Shown: piece after piece, positions 9,887 through 22,636 of the stretch
Position numbering within the stretch: position 1 is the first letter of the stretch
How the letters are laid out: each line of letters begins with the position of its first letter
Source: Psilocybe cubensis
Taxonomy: Eukaryota
Assembly: GCA_017499595.2 (NCBI GenBank)
Contig: CM039004.1
Span: 2,046,001 to 2,110,000, forward strand
Reading direction: 5' to 3'
DNA: 64,000 bases
Position numbers and translations under genes: made by a program
Notes under the pieces: model-generated
Told to the model about the DNA's origin: nothing
Database searches by the model: none
The model's input: the letters and a program-made list of their open reading frames with translations, nothing else

Positions 9887-12800
9887 TTAGAAGTCGTCCA
9901 TGTTGTCGCTCCATGTGTCTTTATCTTCCTGACTCTCATGTCCAAGTTCTCTGATCATCCGGTCTAGCTGAGGTCGAAGAATGACTGAACCGTCTTGTGG
10001 AAAATAGCAAAGAAGTCAGAAAGCAGCTACGCCTTGAGCCAGTTGCGTACCATTAAGTTCTCTAAGCACATATGATCCTCCTCGTGTCTGTCGTACAACT
10101 TCGTAAGGTCCAAGGTATCGTGGCTTGTGCTTGCGATTCATCTCCTTCTCAACTTGACTGTTCCTGACGAGGACTAGATCACCAAACTTGAAGCTTTCTT
10201 GTCGAAGACGTCGAGCAAATTGTTGTTCAAAAGTAGCTTTGGATTGAAGTCGTGATTGTTTCAGAACGTCGGCTATGTTGGCTAAGTCTTCATCTCGTTT
10301 CATGAGTTGTCAAACACGGAGAGCTAGGAGATCTTTGGAACTCATTCCTTGTCGGAATCCATCAACTAGAAATGTGGCTTCAAGGAGATCAAATGGAAGA
10401 ACAGGATGAACACCATGCATGACGTAGAAAGGGGAATGTCCAGTAGAGCGTTGAGTGATGCATTTGTCAGAGAAGAGTGTGTGATGAACGTACTGTGGCC
10501 AGTCTAGAGGTTGGTCGCCGCAAGCTTTGAGAATGGATTCACGGAAGTCAATGTGACCACGTTCAATAGATCCATTGGCTTTAGAGTTGTAAGGAGAAAT
10601 GCGAACTTGAGGAATGCCGTACTTTTCCATCAAAAGACTGAAAGCGCCAGAGACTTCTACTCCATTGTCCGTGCGTACAATAGCAATAGCACCATATCGG
10701 CATATGACTTCTTCCCAAAAGAAAGTGGCCAGCTCTTTGGAACGTAAAGACTTGAGGGCACGTCCTTCAGGTGCACGTGATAAGTCGTCTCGGGCTAGGA
10801 CTACGTATCGGAAGCGTCCAGATTTGGGCATGTACATGACATCGACATTGATGATAGTGAAGATAGTTGGGGGAGCTGTGATAGTGATAGGAACTTTGCT
10901 TTTCTTGGTGGATCTGATCTGACATTCATGGCAAGTAGCGAGATAATGCTTGATATCCTGAAAAAGAAATGGCCAGAAAAACCGAATGCAAATAACTCCA
11001 AACACACCGTATACTCCTCGATGTCCGAGTTCTTCATGAGCTTGAGTAAGAATGAGACGTCGCTTGTCTGGATCTAGAATAACCAAGAGTGGAGGTCTTC
11101 CTTGTCGTCATCAATAGAGTTGATCATCTTTGAGATAGTACTGAGTAGCGCGAGCAAGGAATCGTCGTCGGGACTGCAAATTGGGAAAAGGGGGTATAGT
11201 TTGGTCTGTAAGAAATTGAAGAATTTGTCGAAGTGTCCGTTCTTGAGAAGAAGAAGAAGCAATAAAAGAAGGAAGCAAGATAGAGTCATACGATGGCATA
11301 GAAGAGGGAGTAAAAAGAAAAGTAGGGAAAAATTTGACCGTATTAAGAAGAGCAATATCGTCAAGCCAGTCATCGTCTTTTTGAGGTTCCTCTAACTCTT
11401 CAGAAGTTGGTTGTCGCCTTGAAAGTCCATCAGGTCCACGATGATTACCGGCCTTTACATGGATGAGCTTGAAGTCAAAGAGAAGAATGCCTTGTATCCA
11501 TTGATTCATACTAGCACTAGGCTGCAAGTCAGGCTGATTGAGCATGCCTTTGATGTACTTGGCGTTGACTTCAACGTAGAGGTTCTTGACTCCAATAAGA
11601 TAGAGGCGGAATTCTCAAAGAGCACGGAAAAGACCATATAACTCGAGCTTGGGCTGACTGTATCGTGCTTCTTGTGGATTAAGTGAGATAGAACCATAGC
11701 GGACAGGTCGTCGGATGCCTTCTTTGTCAAGTTGATAGAGAATGATACCAATAGCAATGTGAGAAGTGTCCACAGCAAGAATAACTGGGCGATCGGATGA
11801 ATAGTCAATAGAAGTGAGAACAGGAGGATTGGAAATGATTTCTTTGAGAGTTTGGAAAGAGTCTTCTTGTTGTTGGGTCCAGACAAAGGGTTTGTCCTTA
11901 CGATAGAGTTCTGTGAGTGGTCGGACAAGGGCTGAGTAATTTCTGATCCAAACACGCATTGTTCCGCATAGACCTAGAAAGGATCGGATGTCGTGAACAG
12001 ACTTTGGTCATGGCCAATCAGTGACTTTCTGTATCTTGCTCTGATCGGGTAGTCGTCCATCCGGAGTGCATAACTGTCCAAGGATAAGAACTTCAGGCTG
12101 AGCAAGCTGAGTCTTTGGTCCAGAAAATGTAGCACCAGCACATCCCATGCGGTGCATAACTCGATGAACATCTTGAGCGTGTTCCCAGACAAATCGTCGT
12201 ATTTCTGGATTTTCTGGAAGTGTTTCTGGATTGCCGTCCTCGTCTAAGTACTGTGTTGGAGGGCCTTTGATAGGAACATCGTCGATAAAGACATTGGCTA
12301 CATGAGGGATCTCGTCACAAAGGATGAAGGTGGTACAGGCTTGAAATTCCGCTACTGCATTTGTATATCCCATAGGCATTGAAGTAAGTCGAAGAGGTCC
12401 AATAGGAGACTGGAACGTGGTAAGATCTCGGCTCATAGGATGGATTTTGCGTGCGTCATATCCCCAATATAAGTCAAAAACCGTATAAATAGAATGACCA
12501 GCAAAGGGAACCACAAAGTTGTCAAGAACTGGAGGAACTCCTGCGTCGCGATAGGAAATAGAGTTAAGAATCTGCAGATCATGAACTAGACGGATAGCAC
12601 CAGTTGTCTTCTTCTTGACCCAGAAAATTGGAGAGTGATACGGAGCTTGGCTTGGTTCGTATACTCCAGCATCTATCTTTTCACGTAAGAGACTGATAAC
12701 TTGATCCATGATGCCGGGTGGAATAGGAATATTTCGGACTACCCAGGGCTCGTGATCCTCAACAGGAAAGATGTATGGAGAGAAGTATTTTTCAGAAAAT

Positions 12801-13957
12801 GTTCCACGTTCGGACTGATGAAAAGCGAGTGAGCGTTCATTGAGTTTAAGAATATGAAGGAAAAGCTTTTCTTCTTCCGGCCATAGGAATTTGTTGGCGT
12901 TAATGTTCATTGATTGTATGCGTTCAAGAGTGAGTCTGGTCGTTAGTGTAAAGGCAGGGGGATGGAGTGGGAGAGGTGGGAGAGATAATAAGGGATCAAC
13001 AGGAATTCGTCGTATAACTTTGGCCGATTCTGGAGTAACCCGATTTATAGGTCTAACTTTCCGATCGACTCGTTTATAGGCTGTATTGGCAGAAGAGGAG
13101 GAAAGAATAGGTGATATGAATTGATTCATGGAGGCTCGGAAGGTTGATAGTGTCAATCCTGACGCGGCAGTGAATACAAAACCAATTGTAGGAGAGCTTG
13201 ACGACCTTGCCAAATTAGTTTGGTTGACGGTGGGTTTAGCAGTAATATCTGAATTGAGTGACCATGATCTCGCATAAATGCTTTGATCTATCCAAAATTT
13301 CTGTAGGTCTTGACCCATCAGAGGTAATGGAGTGGTCGTCCTTCTTATCTTGTCCGTAAGCTTGATTTTTTGCTCTTTGTGGATAAGATGAAGCCCTTCC
13401 CGATTCTGTAGGAGTTCAAGGTGTATTGGAGGCGTGATAGTGGTGTATATTGGAGATAGAGATTCCGTATAGCATTCCTTTGGGAGGTTGCGTGTGTTTC
13501 TCCAAGAACTCTGCAATAGGTGACCTAAGGATTCGGTTGCGGACTGAAGTGGTGAAGCGGGGGTGGAACAAATAAATAAAAGGGAGGAATAAATAAAGGT
13601 TAGTTTAACGACTTTTCGGTCGACGTACATACAAATGGATAAAGTGGAAAGAAAATGAAAATAAAAGGTAAAGGAAAAGGTTGTATGGCGTGGAGTTGCC
13701 ATTGAGAGTGTGAATGTGAGGAAAAGGCGCATAAAAGAAAAGTGGAGGCGTTCAAGAACTCGTTGCACAAATGAAAAATCTACATAAGTGTCCGTGAAAT
13801 GGAAAAGAGAAACACGAAATGTGGAAATAAAATGGGAGGTGGGATAAAGGCATAACAATGAGGAAGAAGAAACACCAGCAACAGCAAAGGTGACAAAGAA
13901 AAATTGAGGAGATCGGAGAACAAAGAGAGGGCGTTGAGGAAGCAAGCTGATGTCCAT
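9887..13957 (-). pseudogene. pol: Gypsy pol (RT, RNase H, integrase with HHCC and GPY motif), copy 1
   Basis: Same-frame ORF pieces 13957-12008, 11959-11615, 11545-11111, 11086-10310 and 10303-10016 are separated by TGA codons. Confidence 0.92.
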
Positions 13958-14307
13958 GCACCGTCCAGATAGTCAGTACAATGTGTTGGCGTCCAAGGGA
14001 TGTTCTTCCGTGTTGTCGATACCAAAGGGACTTTCTTCTCCATACTGATAATACCATTCGTTTCCATCGTCCATATTTGAAGCTCGCGATTCGTGCATTG
14101 TGCTGGTTATAGGAAGAGGTAAAAGGGAAGAATTGTGGTCGACCTCTTTGCCATTTTGGGTGATTCGTAGCTCTTCTTCATCCTCGTTTAATGGCTCCTT
14201 TGGACTGTCGTGGGCTACTCGCAGAGGATGTACCAAAGCTTTTGGGCCTCGATGATGCTTGTCTACATTTGCGGTGACCGTCAATGATACATGTATTTCT
14301 TGGTGAA

Positions 14308-17300
14308 TCATAATCGAAAGAGGTGTCTATGGAAGAGCAGAACTTTGGGAATGAGGTTGGGGAATAGAAGAAGCATTTGAAAGCAAATGGATTGGGGAAT
14401 AAAATGAGTCCAGGATGCTGAGTGACGTTGGCCCATTGGATAGGCACTGACTGAAGCAGAGTGGTTAGATTGAGACGAGATACCAGTGCGACTGAAGTGT
14501 AGAATAGTTGGAGTCGTCGTCAAGTTTATATGGCTGTCTCTCTGCGGATAAACATAATGGACAAAGGCCGTTCCTGTTCGGTCAGAAACAACACGAGTAG
14601 GAGAAGAATAGGTGGCGTCATATAGAATCCAGTCTTCAAAATGCAAGTGAGGGTTGAGCATTCCCATAGCCGTAAGATGAGTATTGTCAGAAGAGAATTG
14701 AATAGCTTCTACTTCAGGTGAGCTCAATTGTTCCATTTCTGGATTGTTGTCAGCTGGTTCTTCTTCATGTGGGTTGTTATTGTCTGAAGTGTGGGATTTG
14801 ATGGACGGATTGACAGATGGTGATGGTGGCTGTTCTATTTGTGGGGCCTCATGTGTGGAATTGTAAGGTGGTGTGGAAATATGACCATAATGGGCTGTTG
14901 CATTGAATTGAGAAGTTCCCGAGTCATCTTGATACATTGAGTCATAATCGGAAGCGTAGAGACCGTGAGAGGAGTCCTGAGTTGAGTCATGTTCGCAGTT
15001 GGAGTCAGAGAAAGAGGGTGCATCTTGTGAAGTGGATAAGTCCTCATTTGGGTTAGCAGATTTGTCCCGATTCAGAGATTATTGCCTAGTAAGGATAGAT
15101 AACTCGATCATGGAAGGGGTAGGTGATGGATAGCGAAGGTCGTCCAATAATTCACCGGGTTCTAAATCTTCTTCAATTTCACCTTCTTCGGCATCTGGAT
15201 TAGCTAAGGAGAGGTTGTTGTGTGCTAACATTGTGTGGGGAGTCTTGTCGTAAATGGTATCCGTGAAGTAACGCCGGTCGTGCTGAGTATCAGGTGTCAC
15301 AAGGAATTTCTGCTCACGTGTAGGATCTTTGACGTCATAGAAGGCAATGAAGGTCCCTTCGGGTCATTCTAGAATGTCCACATAGTTGTCACGGGTCCAT
15401 GGATGTCCCAAGAGTATATCAAACTGGACTTTGTTGGATACATAGCAATGAGCACGCGTCCTGACTGTACCAATATCAAGTTGAACATTTCCAACGAATC
15501 CAAGCATGTGGGATTTGCCGCCATGAATATCAACCATAACAATAGTATTCCGGCTGTCCATCGGCAACCTGACAATCTTCTTCCAAGCCTGTTCGCTTAG
15601 AATGTTCTGCGTAGATCCACTGTCAATCAAGGCATTGAGTTTGTGACCATTACACATTAATGTGATTCGAAGAAGGGGCTCGTGAGCACGAAGGGATTCA
15701 ACTGAATTGGTCTCGTGCATGTATTGAACAGGTACGTCCTTTTCGGCACTGCGAATGATGTCTAGAACTTCCTTATCAGAAAGCTTTAAGTTGCCGTTTG
15801 TCAATGAAGCTTTGAATTCGTCGACAGTAAGGGTCTTGCCTTTGATACTGTTGATAAGAAGGGTCCTAAGGTTCTTTGAAACTCCAAGTAACTCGCCGAA
15901 CGTCGCATTAACGGGTTGATTAAGGCATCGTCTGAGAATGGCCATAGTGTTGACAGTTTGGGATATGTCAGAGACACGTTTCTGAGGCGCTGCGTGTGGC
16001 TTGGTAACTGATTTGCCTCGTTCTAGACTAGGAGTGACATCTTCCATGATTTGATCATCATCGGCCGGATCAAAAACCTCGTATCGTTGCGCAGTCTCGG
16101 GATGTTCCGTTGGATTTGCCCTAATCGGGACATTGGGTTGAGCTTGTTTGACAGGAATTGATGGATTCATTTCGGCAGAAGGTTGATTAATTGACGGGAT
16201 TGGGACAGGTTGAATGGAAGTGGAGCTAGGCACATTGTTTGGCAATCCAGAGTTAGCCGGACGTTTAAGAATAGATGGGATCTGAGAAGAATCCTTAGCT
16301 TTACTTATTTCCGCTCGCTTTCCTTTGAGATACGCGGGTTCCGGAGGTACCACAGCGTCCATGACCTGTTTGCGTGCAGCACGTGTTCGCTTTTCAGTTG
16401 GGATTCGATTACCAGGACCTGCCAGCGTAAACTCAAACTCGTCTTCTCCATCCCAGGTTCCAATGTCGTCCTCTTCTTCTTTTGCGACCATGGCTCTGTA
16501 GTTCTTGAACATCTGACCATAATATGCTTCGGATACGGCTATGCTTGTGGTAGCGACTTGAGGAGGAGGAGGAGGCTGTTGTTGACGAAGGACTGCTTGT
16601 GCGATTGACTCTCCATTCTGGCGAATAATGCGGGATCTATCAGGAAAGACAACTCGATTGCTACTGTCTCTGGAAATAAGCTTGCGGTTCGTAAGATCAA
16701 TGAGCGTTGGGCAGTTGTTGATTCCATGGCCTTGTTGATGTCAACCATAGCAGATGATCTCGGATGCGGACTGACGTGGTGCTCGTGGTGCTGGAGGTGC
16801 TGTCTGACTTGCGATTGGGACTGGCTGAGCTGGCTGTGCACTTGGATTTATAATGGCCGGAGCAATGAGCATGTTAGCAAGAGCGGGTTCCAACTTGATG
16901 GCGCAAAGATAGTAAATAGTGTACGAAGAATCATGGATGGTGAGCTTCAACATCTGCTTGATCAAGTTCTTCACTTTGTCGTCCTTGTGTGCTTGCTTTT
17001 CTTCCTTGTCTAGATCCTGAAAGATGCGCTTGGTCTCTTCCGGGGGATTGTATGGACGTTCACAAGCATCGCATGTCTTGATGTTAGGAAACATCTCCTG
17101 TAAGTACTTCTTGATCTTGTCAAAGACTGATGAACGTTCAGGATACAAATCCTTTGGGGGAATAAGAGACGTGAAAGAACATGCAGAAGGATTGTCAAAG
17201 ATTCCAACGTCAAAGCGGTCTCGTTTAAAGATGATTTCAACTGCCTTGGTGACGTCTTCAATGGAAAAAGGTGAGGAGAGATCGATATGAGGATTAAAGA

Positions 17301-17850
17301 CCATGATCTTGCTTTCAAGCGCAGGTCGGAGGGATTCATTGATTCCTAGCCAGAAGTATTGATTGTATTCCGTCTTGGATATCTTGTTGTTGTTGAGAAG
17401 CCAACCAGCAATGCGAATATATTGCTTCTGATACTTGCGGAAGTCATCAAGAGAACGCATAGAAAGATTGGAGTGTTGGAAAGCGTAAGCACGAAGAGTA
17501 GTCAACGTGAACTTCTGCGTTGTCCTAGCATGGTCAAAGATCTTGAGCATATCAGTCTTGAGTCGTTCCCATTGCTTGGCATGGTGGCTGGGTAAACCTT
17601 CAATGATTTCTCTGCTCTCTTGGTTGCAGCATTGAACCATGTATCGTACTTTGTCATCGTTGAGAGTGACATTGTACTGATCAAAAATGCGGTCGCAGTG
17701 ATCCAAAAAGTTCTTGACGTCGACGTAAGATCCAGTGAATTTTGGAGGAGCACTAGATTTAGGAACAGGCATATCGACAGGAGTACGTTGGATGATGGTA
17801 GTAGCCATAGTGGGAGTAGAAGATGGAAACGGATTGCCAGAATCAGTCAT
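14308..17850 (-). pseudogene. gag: Gypsy gag plus aspartic protease and acidic extension, copy 1
   Basis: PKFTG gag motif, zinc knuckle CYG*HQQGHGINNC, protease ALIDSGS and DILLG; stops at 16741, 15364 and 15079. Confidence 0.9.
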
Positions 17851-18040
17851 AGCGTAAACCAGTTACAGAGTCAGAAAGTGTTGCCTAGAATTGTTGCCTA
17901 GAGTTGCCTAGAGTTGCCTAGAGAATAGACCAGCAAAGCGAAATAACCTGTAAAGAAAAAGAGTCGAAATGGATGGAATGGAAGTGATAAAGTGGTAGAT
18001 TGCTGTGTTCCTAATACAAAATCCTAATTAACCCTCCCTC

Positions 18041-18053
18041 GCGGTGGGCTCCA
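18041..18053 (-). promoter_or_regulatory. tRNA primer-binding site of Gypsy copy 1 (TGGAGCCCACCGC)
   Basis: Starts with TGG 2 nt after the 5' LTR end; identical site at 35210-35222. A U discriminator with a GCC stem would fit tRNA-Thr, not verified. Confidence 0.75.
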
Positions 18054-18055
18054 GA

Positions 18056-19694
18056 TGAAGATCGAAGTTTGTGATTGGTTATAAACTATATGTAATCCAA
18101 CAAACACAAACCCCAGGGAAAGAGTGGTCCAGACTGGATAGGACGAAACCTTCTCCTAAGTTTCTTAAGGGAGGACGCTGCCTAGGATTTAAGTAGATTA
18201 GGATAGTGTGGATTGTGAAGGGTAACAAAAGCGAAATAGTAAGAAGAGGATAACCGGGTAGTCTGGGTACGATAGTAAATAAGCCTTCCGAAAATGGGAT
18301 GGAACCGTGGAATTGGATGGCGGGTGTATATGGAATGCGTGAAGAAGATACGTAGAATGCGTATGAAAAATCAATAAATGTGAATCTTAGAGGGGTTGTC
18401 TGAAGTGAGTGGGGAACGTTCCGAGGGGAGATGAGGAGATGACTAGGAGTTGGAATGTTGTTGAATGGCTGAATCTTGATAAGCAAATGGTAAAGGCAAA
18501 AGTGTCCTTAAATTGACAATCTTTCTGAAGCTTGGAATGAAGCTATACGTCGCAGGAGTATCAACTGAATCGAGGATGAAAGACTAAGTCTGTCTCGAAT
18601 GAAATCACTCTAGATGAGTTGACGGAGGGAAAGGATGTCTTGAATACACTCCTAACGGCAATGGTTGGAAGGTGTAGAAGGAGTAGGAGCGGTGACGGAT
18701 TGAATGGAGGAGAGGAAGTAGGGAAGTACTGGAGGTCTGGATAGAAGTTAGATATTCAACGCTGAGAAGAAGAGGCGTTGGATGAGAAGGATGACTGGTC
18801 TTGGATGAAATCCTCTCTTAATGGAAAGCGAGATGACTTTGGATGAATGGAAGTAAGCTTGGTCTCGACGGAGGGTGGAACTGATGACTAAATTAGACTT
18901 GGGTTTGGGCTTGGCTTGAACTTGAACTTGGAATTGAAATGAATTGATGTGGATTGACTTGAAATTGACTTGACTTGGATGAAAATTGACTTGCTTTGAA
19001 GAAAGTGGGGACTGGGTGTAACTTTCCTGTCATTTTGTGTAATTCTACTACAGCTTTTATACTAAAAGCTACGTGAACGAAATACCAATCTGAGCTACTA
19101 AAAACTGAGTCATATACTGTACAAAGTGTCAAGAATGAGGCTACGCAAGTGTAACAATAAGCAAGAACAATAAGACATGTCAATATTGACACGACAACAG
19201 ATAAGAAATGAATAGGATGAGTAAGAAAGAAGTGTATGACGAAGGTGAATGGTAATACAGATTAGATAAAAGAAGCAAGGATGAGTCAGAAAGCATAGAA
19301 GATTGGTAAGACAAAGACAATAAAAGCGCAACAGACAATAGAAAAGATATAAATAAACACAAAAGAATGAGTAAGACAAACCAAAAATAAGTTGGAATGA
19401 GTAATCCGCAGCCTGACGCTGAGTAAGACCATTGAATTGATAAAAATAGAGTTGACAGTCCGGCTGTGCAAGGCAGTATAGAAAGCTGTGCAGTTTGATG
19501 GTTGACTGATCCGTCGCATAGTCTTGATGATCCGACAAAGTGACATGATCCGGAATAACGTGGCTCCTATGTGACAAGTGTTGATAAGATAAGATGTGTG
19601 GATGACTTATGGAAAGAATGACTGCTTGGGTTGAGGGCGTCGTGTGTAGATCCAAAATGAACATCTCATCTCCAATCAGGATTGGGGTATGATA
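18056..19694 (-). repeat. 5' LTR of Gypsy copy 1 (1639 bp, TATCA...CTTCA)
   Basis: Full-length match to the LTRs at 20999-22636 and 43436-45064; outer flank GCGC at 19695-19698. Confidence 0.95.
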
Positions 19695-20072
19695 GCGCCC
19701 TATGACGTGGCCAGCCTGTTCGTCCGCAATAGACAGGGTAGAGACAATCTTCTCAAGGGCGGCTTTGGTAGTAGTAGAGCGGATGGATTGGGAGTGCGGG
19801 GGCCCTGTAGTAGGAGTAGAGGTAGGTGCGGCCGGGCGTTCCTTCCTAGAGGTGTGTCGAGCGCGAGGTGCGCGAGCAGAGGGAGTGGGAGCGGCAGGCG
19901 GTTTGGGCAGGGAGGCCGTGAGGCGTTCAAGTTTAGACTCGATGGCAGACAGTTGGTCATCAACCTTTTTATCGGCATCGAACCTGACTTGCTGCGCCCT
20001 AAAGAGGAGGGCGAAACGGTCCTCGAGGGACATTGTCATGAACCCATTGTAAGGCGAAGGAGGGTCGGCCAT
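19695..20072 (-). pseudogene. N-terminal 126 codons of a KH-domain protein, cut by a Gypsy insertion
   Basis: MADPPS..., a predicted coiled-coil segment, a P/T-rich linker, then TLSIADEQAGHVIGR, which continues as AGTGLRQIHDISHAKISV at 45069. Confidence 0.9.
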
Positions 20073-20150
20073 AGAGTATAGTAGGTGGGGGCAAGGTAGA
20101 GTGGAGTAGACGAGCGCTGCAGTGGATAGAGTACCAGGGCAACGTTGGGT

Positions 20151-20161
20151 AGCTTCGATAT
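20151..20161 (-). promoter_or_regulatory. Putative self-priming PBS (ATATCGAAGCT) of the miniature element
   Basis: Lies 2 nt after the 5' LTR, does not start with TGG, and is the exact reverse complement of LTR positions 20225-20215, about 30-35 nt downstream of TATATA. Confidence 0.75.
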
Positions 20162-20440
20162 GCTGTTAGGAATCGACTTAAGTCAAGAGAGAAGAATGCC
20201 CAAAGACCAAGTTGATATCGAAGCTGGGGTCTGACTACTGACCCCAGGACCCTATATATACATGGAGACCGGAGTAACTACTTCCCGGACCAGAGTACTC
20301 GACATATGACAACTATCAATAGATGAAACAGGAGAACGATAGACGTGGGACCGAACACAAAGATAGAACAAGGCATAACAGCGTGGGACCGTAACAGATA
20401 ACGATAACGGATAGGGGTGGCACCAATACGTACCCTGACA

Positions 20441-20998
20441 ATAGTGTTGTCCTTATATACACCTAAGGTACGTTACATATGACTAGTGACAGTAACTATT
20501 GTATAGTTTTTAGTCATCTATCTAAATATAAAGTACTATTTGTAATCCACTCATATGACTTAGCACATGACTTGATAATCACATAGTCAAACATCACTGG
20601 CTTAACCAGTGTTGTCGTGGGTCAAATTGAACTGTGGCCAATGTTTCCCAATCAAATATGAACAAATACAAAACATGTGTGATTAAACTGTCCGCCAAGC
20701 CAGTGTGGGCCGCCCAAGGTGGCGCTTCTTAAGTGAATATAATTAACTACTTTAATAATAGTTGTTCAACACTCCTCAAGTGGTGTACGCACCGTAAGGC
20801 GGGACTCTACTTGTTTATAAATGGTCTAATCTAGTGGGTAAAACTCAAGGCCTAGAGTGGATCTATGTTTCAAGAATAGGTCAGGGCCTAGATTCTTAGT
20901 AAACATGTTGGCAACATTATTGGCAGTCAGAACTGCATATAACTTGATTGTGCTAAACTCTACTTGTTCCCGTATGTAATGATAACAAATATCCACAT
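20441..20998 (-). mobile_element. Degenerate Copia 3' end: RNase H tail, purine tract and most of the 3' LTR
   Basis: VDICYHYIREQV...NVANMFTK at 20998-20826; ttgaggag then TGTTGAAC at 20771; TATATAAG near 20459-20450. The LTR probably finishes at 45911-45968 (...AAGTAACA). Confidence 0.7.
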
Positions 20999-22636
20999 TA
21001 TCATACCCCAATCCTGATTGGAGATAAGATATTTAAATTGGATCTACACACAACGCCCTCAACCCAAGCAGTCATTCTTTTCATAAGTCATCCACTCATC
21101 TTATCTTATCAACACTTGTCACATGGGAGCCACATTATTCCGGATCACGTCATTCTGTCGGATCATCAAGGCTATGCGACGGATCAGTCAACCATCAAAC
21201 TGCACAGCACTCTGTACTGCCTTGCACAGCCGGACTGTCAACTCTATTTTTATCAATTCAATGGTCTTACTCAGCGTCAGGCTGCGGATTACTCATTCCA
21301 ACTTATTTTTGGTTTGTCTTACTCATTCTTTTGTGTTTATTTATATCTTTTCTATTGTCTGTTGCGCTTTTATTGTCTTTGTCTTACCAATCTTCTATGC
21401 TTTCTGACTCATCCTTGCTTCTTTTATCTAATCTGTATTACCATTCACCTTCGTCATACACTTCTTTCTTACTCATCCTATTCATTTCTTATCTGTCGTC
21501 GTGTCAATATTGACATGTCTTATTGTTCTTGCTTATTGTTACACTTGCGTAGCCTCATTCTTGACACTTTGTACAGTATATGACTCGGTTTTCAGTAGCT
21601 CAGATTGGTATTTCGTTCACGTAGCTTTTAGTATAAAAGCTGTAGTAGAATTACACGAAATGACAGGAAAGTTACACCCAGTCCCCACTTTCTTCAAAGC
21701 AAGTCAATTTTCATCCAAGTCAAGTCAATTTCAAGTCAATCCACATCGATTCATTTCAATTCCAAGTTCAAGTTCAAGCCAAGCCCAAACCCAAGTCCAA
21801 TTCAGTCATCAGTTCCACCCTCCGTCGAGACCAAGTTTACTTCCATTCATCCAAAGTCATCTTGCTTTCTATTGACAGAGGATTTTATCCAAGACCAGTT
21901 CTCCTTCTCCTCCAACGCCTCTTCTTCCCAGCGTTGAATATCCAACTTCTATCCAGACATCTAGTACTTCCCTACTTCCTCACCCCCATCCAATTCGTCA
22001 CTGCTCCTACTCCTTTTACATCTTCCAACCATCACCGTTAGGAGGGAATCCAAGACATTCTTCTCTCCGTCAACTCATCTGGAGTGATTTTATTTGAGAC
22101 AGACTTAGTCTTTCACCCTCAATCCAGTCAATACTCCCACGACGTATAGCTTCATTCCAAACATCAGAAAAATTGTCAATTTAAGGACACTTTCATCTTC
22201 ACCATCCGTTTACCAAGATTTGGCCATTCAATAACATTCCAACTTCCAGTCACCTTCTTATTTCCTTTCAAAACGTCTCCAATCCTCTTCAGACCACCCC
22301 TCTGAGGTTCACCTTTATTGATTTTTCCTATGCCTTCTACGCATCTTCATCACGCTTTCCCTATACACGTGCCATCCAATTTTACGGTTCTATTCCATTT
22401 TTTGAAGGTTTATTTACCATTGTACCCAGACAACCCGGCTATTCTCTTTTTACCATCTTGCTTTCTTTACCCTTCATAATCCACACCATCCTAATCTACT
22501 TAAATTCTAGGCAACGTCCTCCCTTAAGAAACTTAGGAGAAGGTTTCATCCTATCCAGTCTGGACTATTCTTTCCCTAGGGTTTGTGTTTGTTGGATTAC
22601 TTATAGTTTATAACCAATCACAAACTTCAATCTTCA
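20999..22636 (+). repeat. Solo Gypsy LTR (1638 bp), more diverged haplotype, no TSD
   Basis: TATCATACCCC...TCTTCA; flanks ACAT and CTGG differ; no internal domain adjacent. Confidence 0.92.

Larger units (their letters stand above)
8241..19694 (-). mobile_element. Ty3/Gypsy LTR retrotransposon, copy 1 (inactive)
   Basis: 5' LTR 19694-18056, PBS, gag-protease, RT (VFDLYWGY, FIDD), RNase H, integrase, purine tract, 3' LTR 9827-8241; PR-RT-RH-IN order; multiple in-frame stops. Confidence 0.95.
19695..20440 (-). mobile_element. 5' half of a miniature LTR element encoding a KH-domain protein
   Basis: 277 bp LTR 20440-20164 (TGTCAGGG...CCTAACA) matches 45629-45905; outer flank reads ACTAT on the element strand; ORF starts at ATG 20072. 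Confidence 0.92.

Noticed and set aside
19110..19694. C-terminal part of the 320 aa ORF, and the recurring DLHTTPSTQ ORFs at 9243, 21038, 26598 and 43349
   Set aside because: Read-through into LTR sequence; each copy has a different start supplied by its flank and no motif, so there is no support for an env-like or accessory gene.
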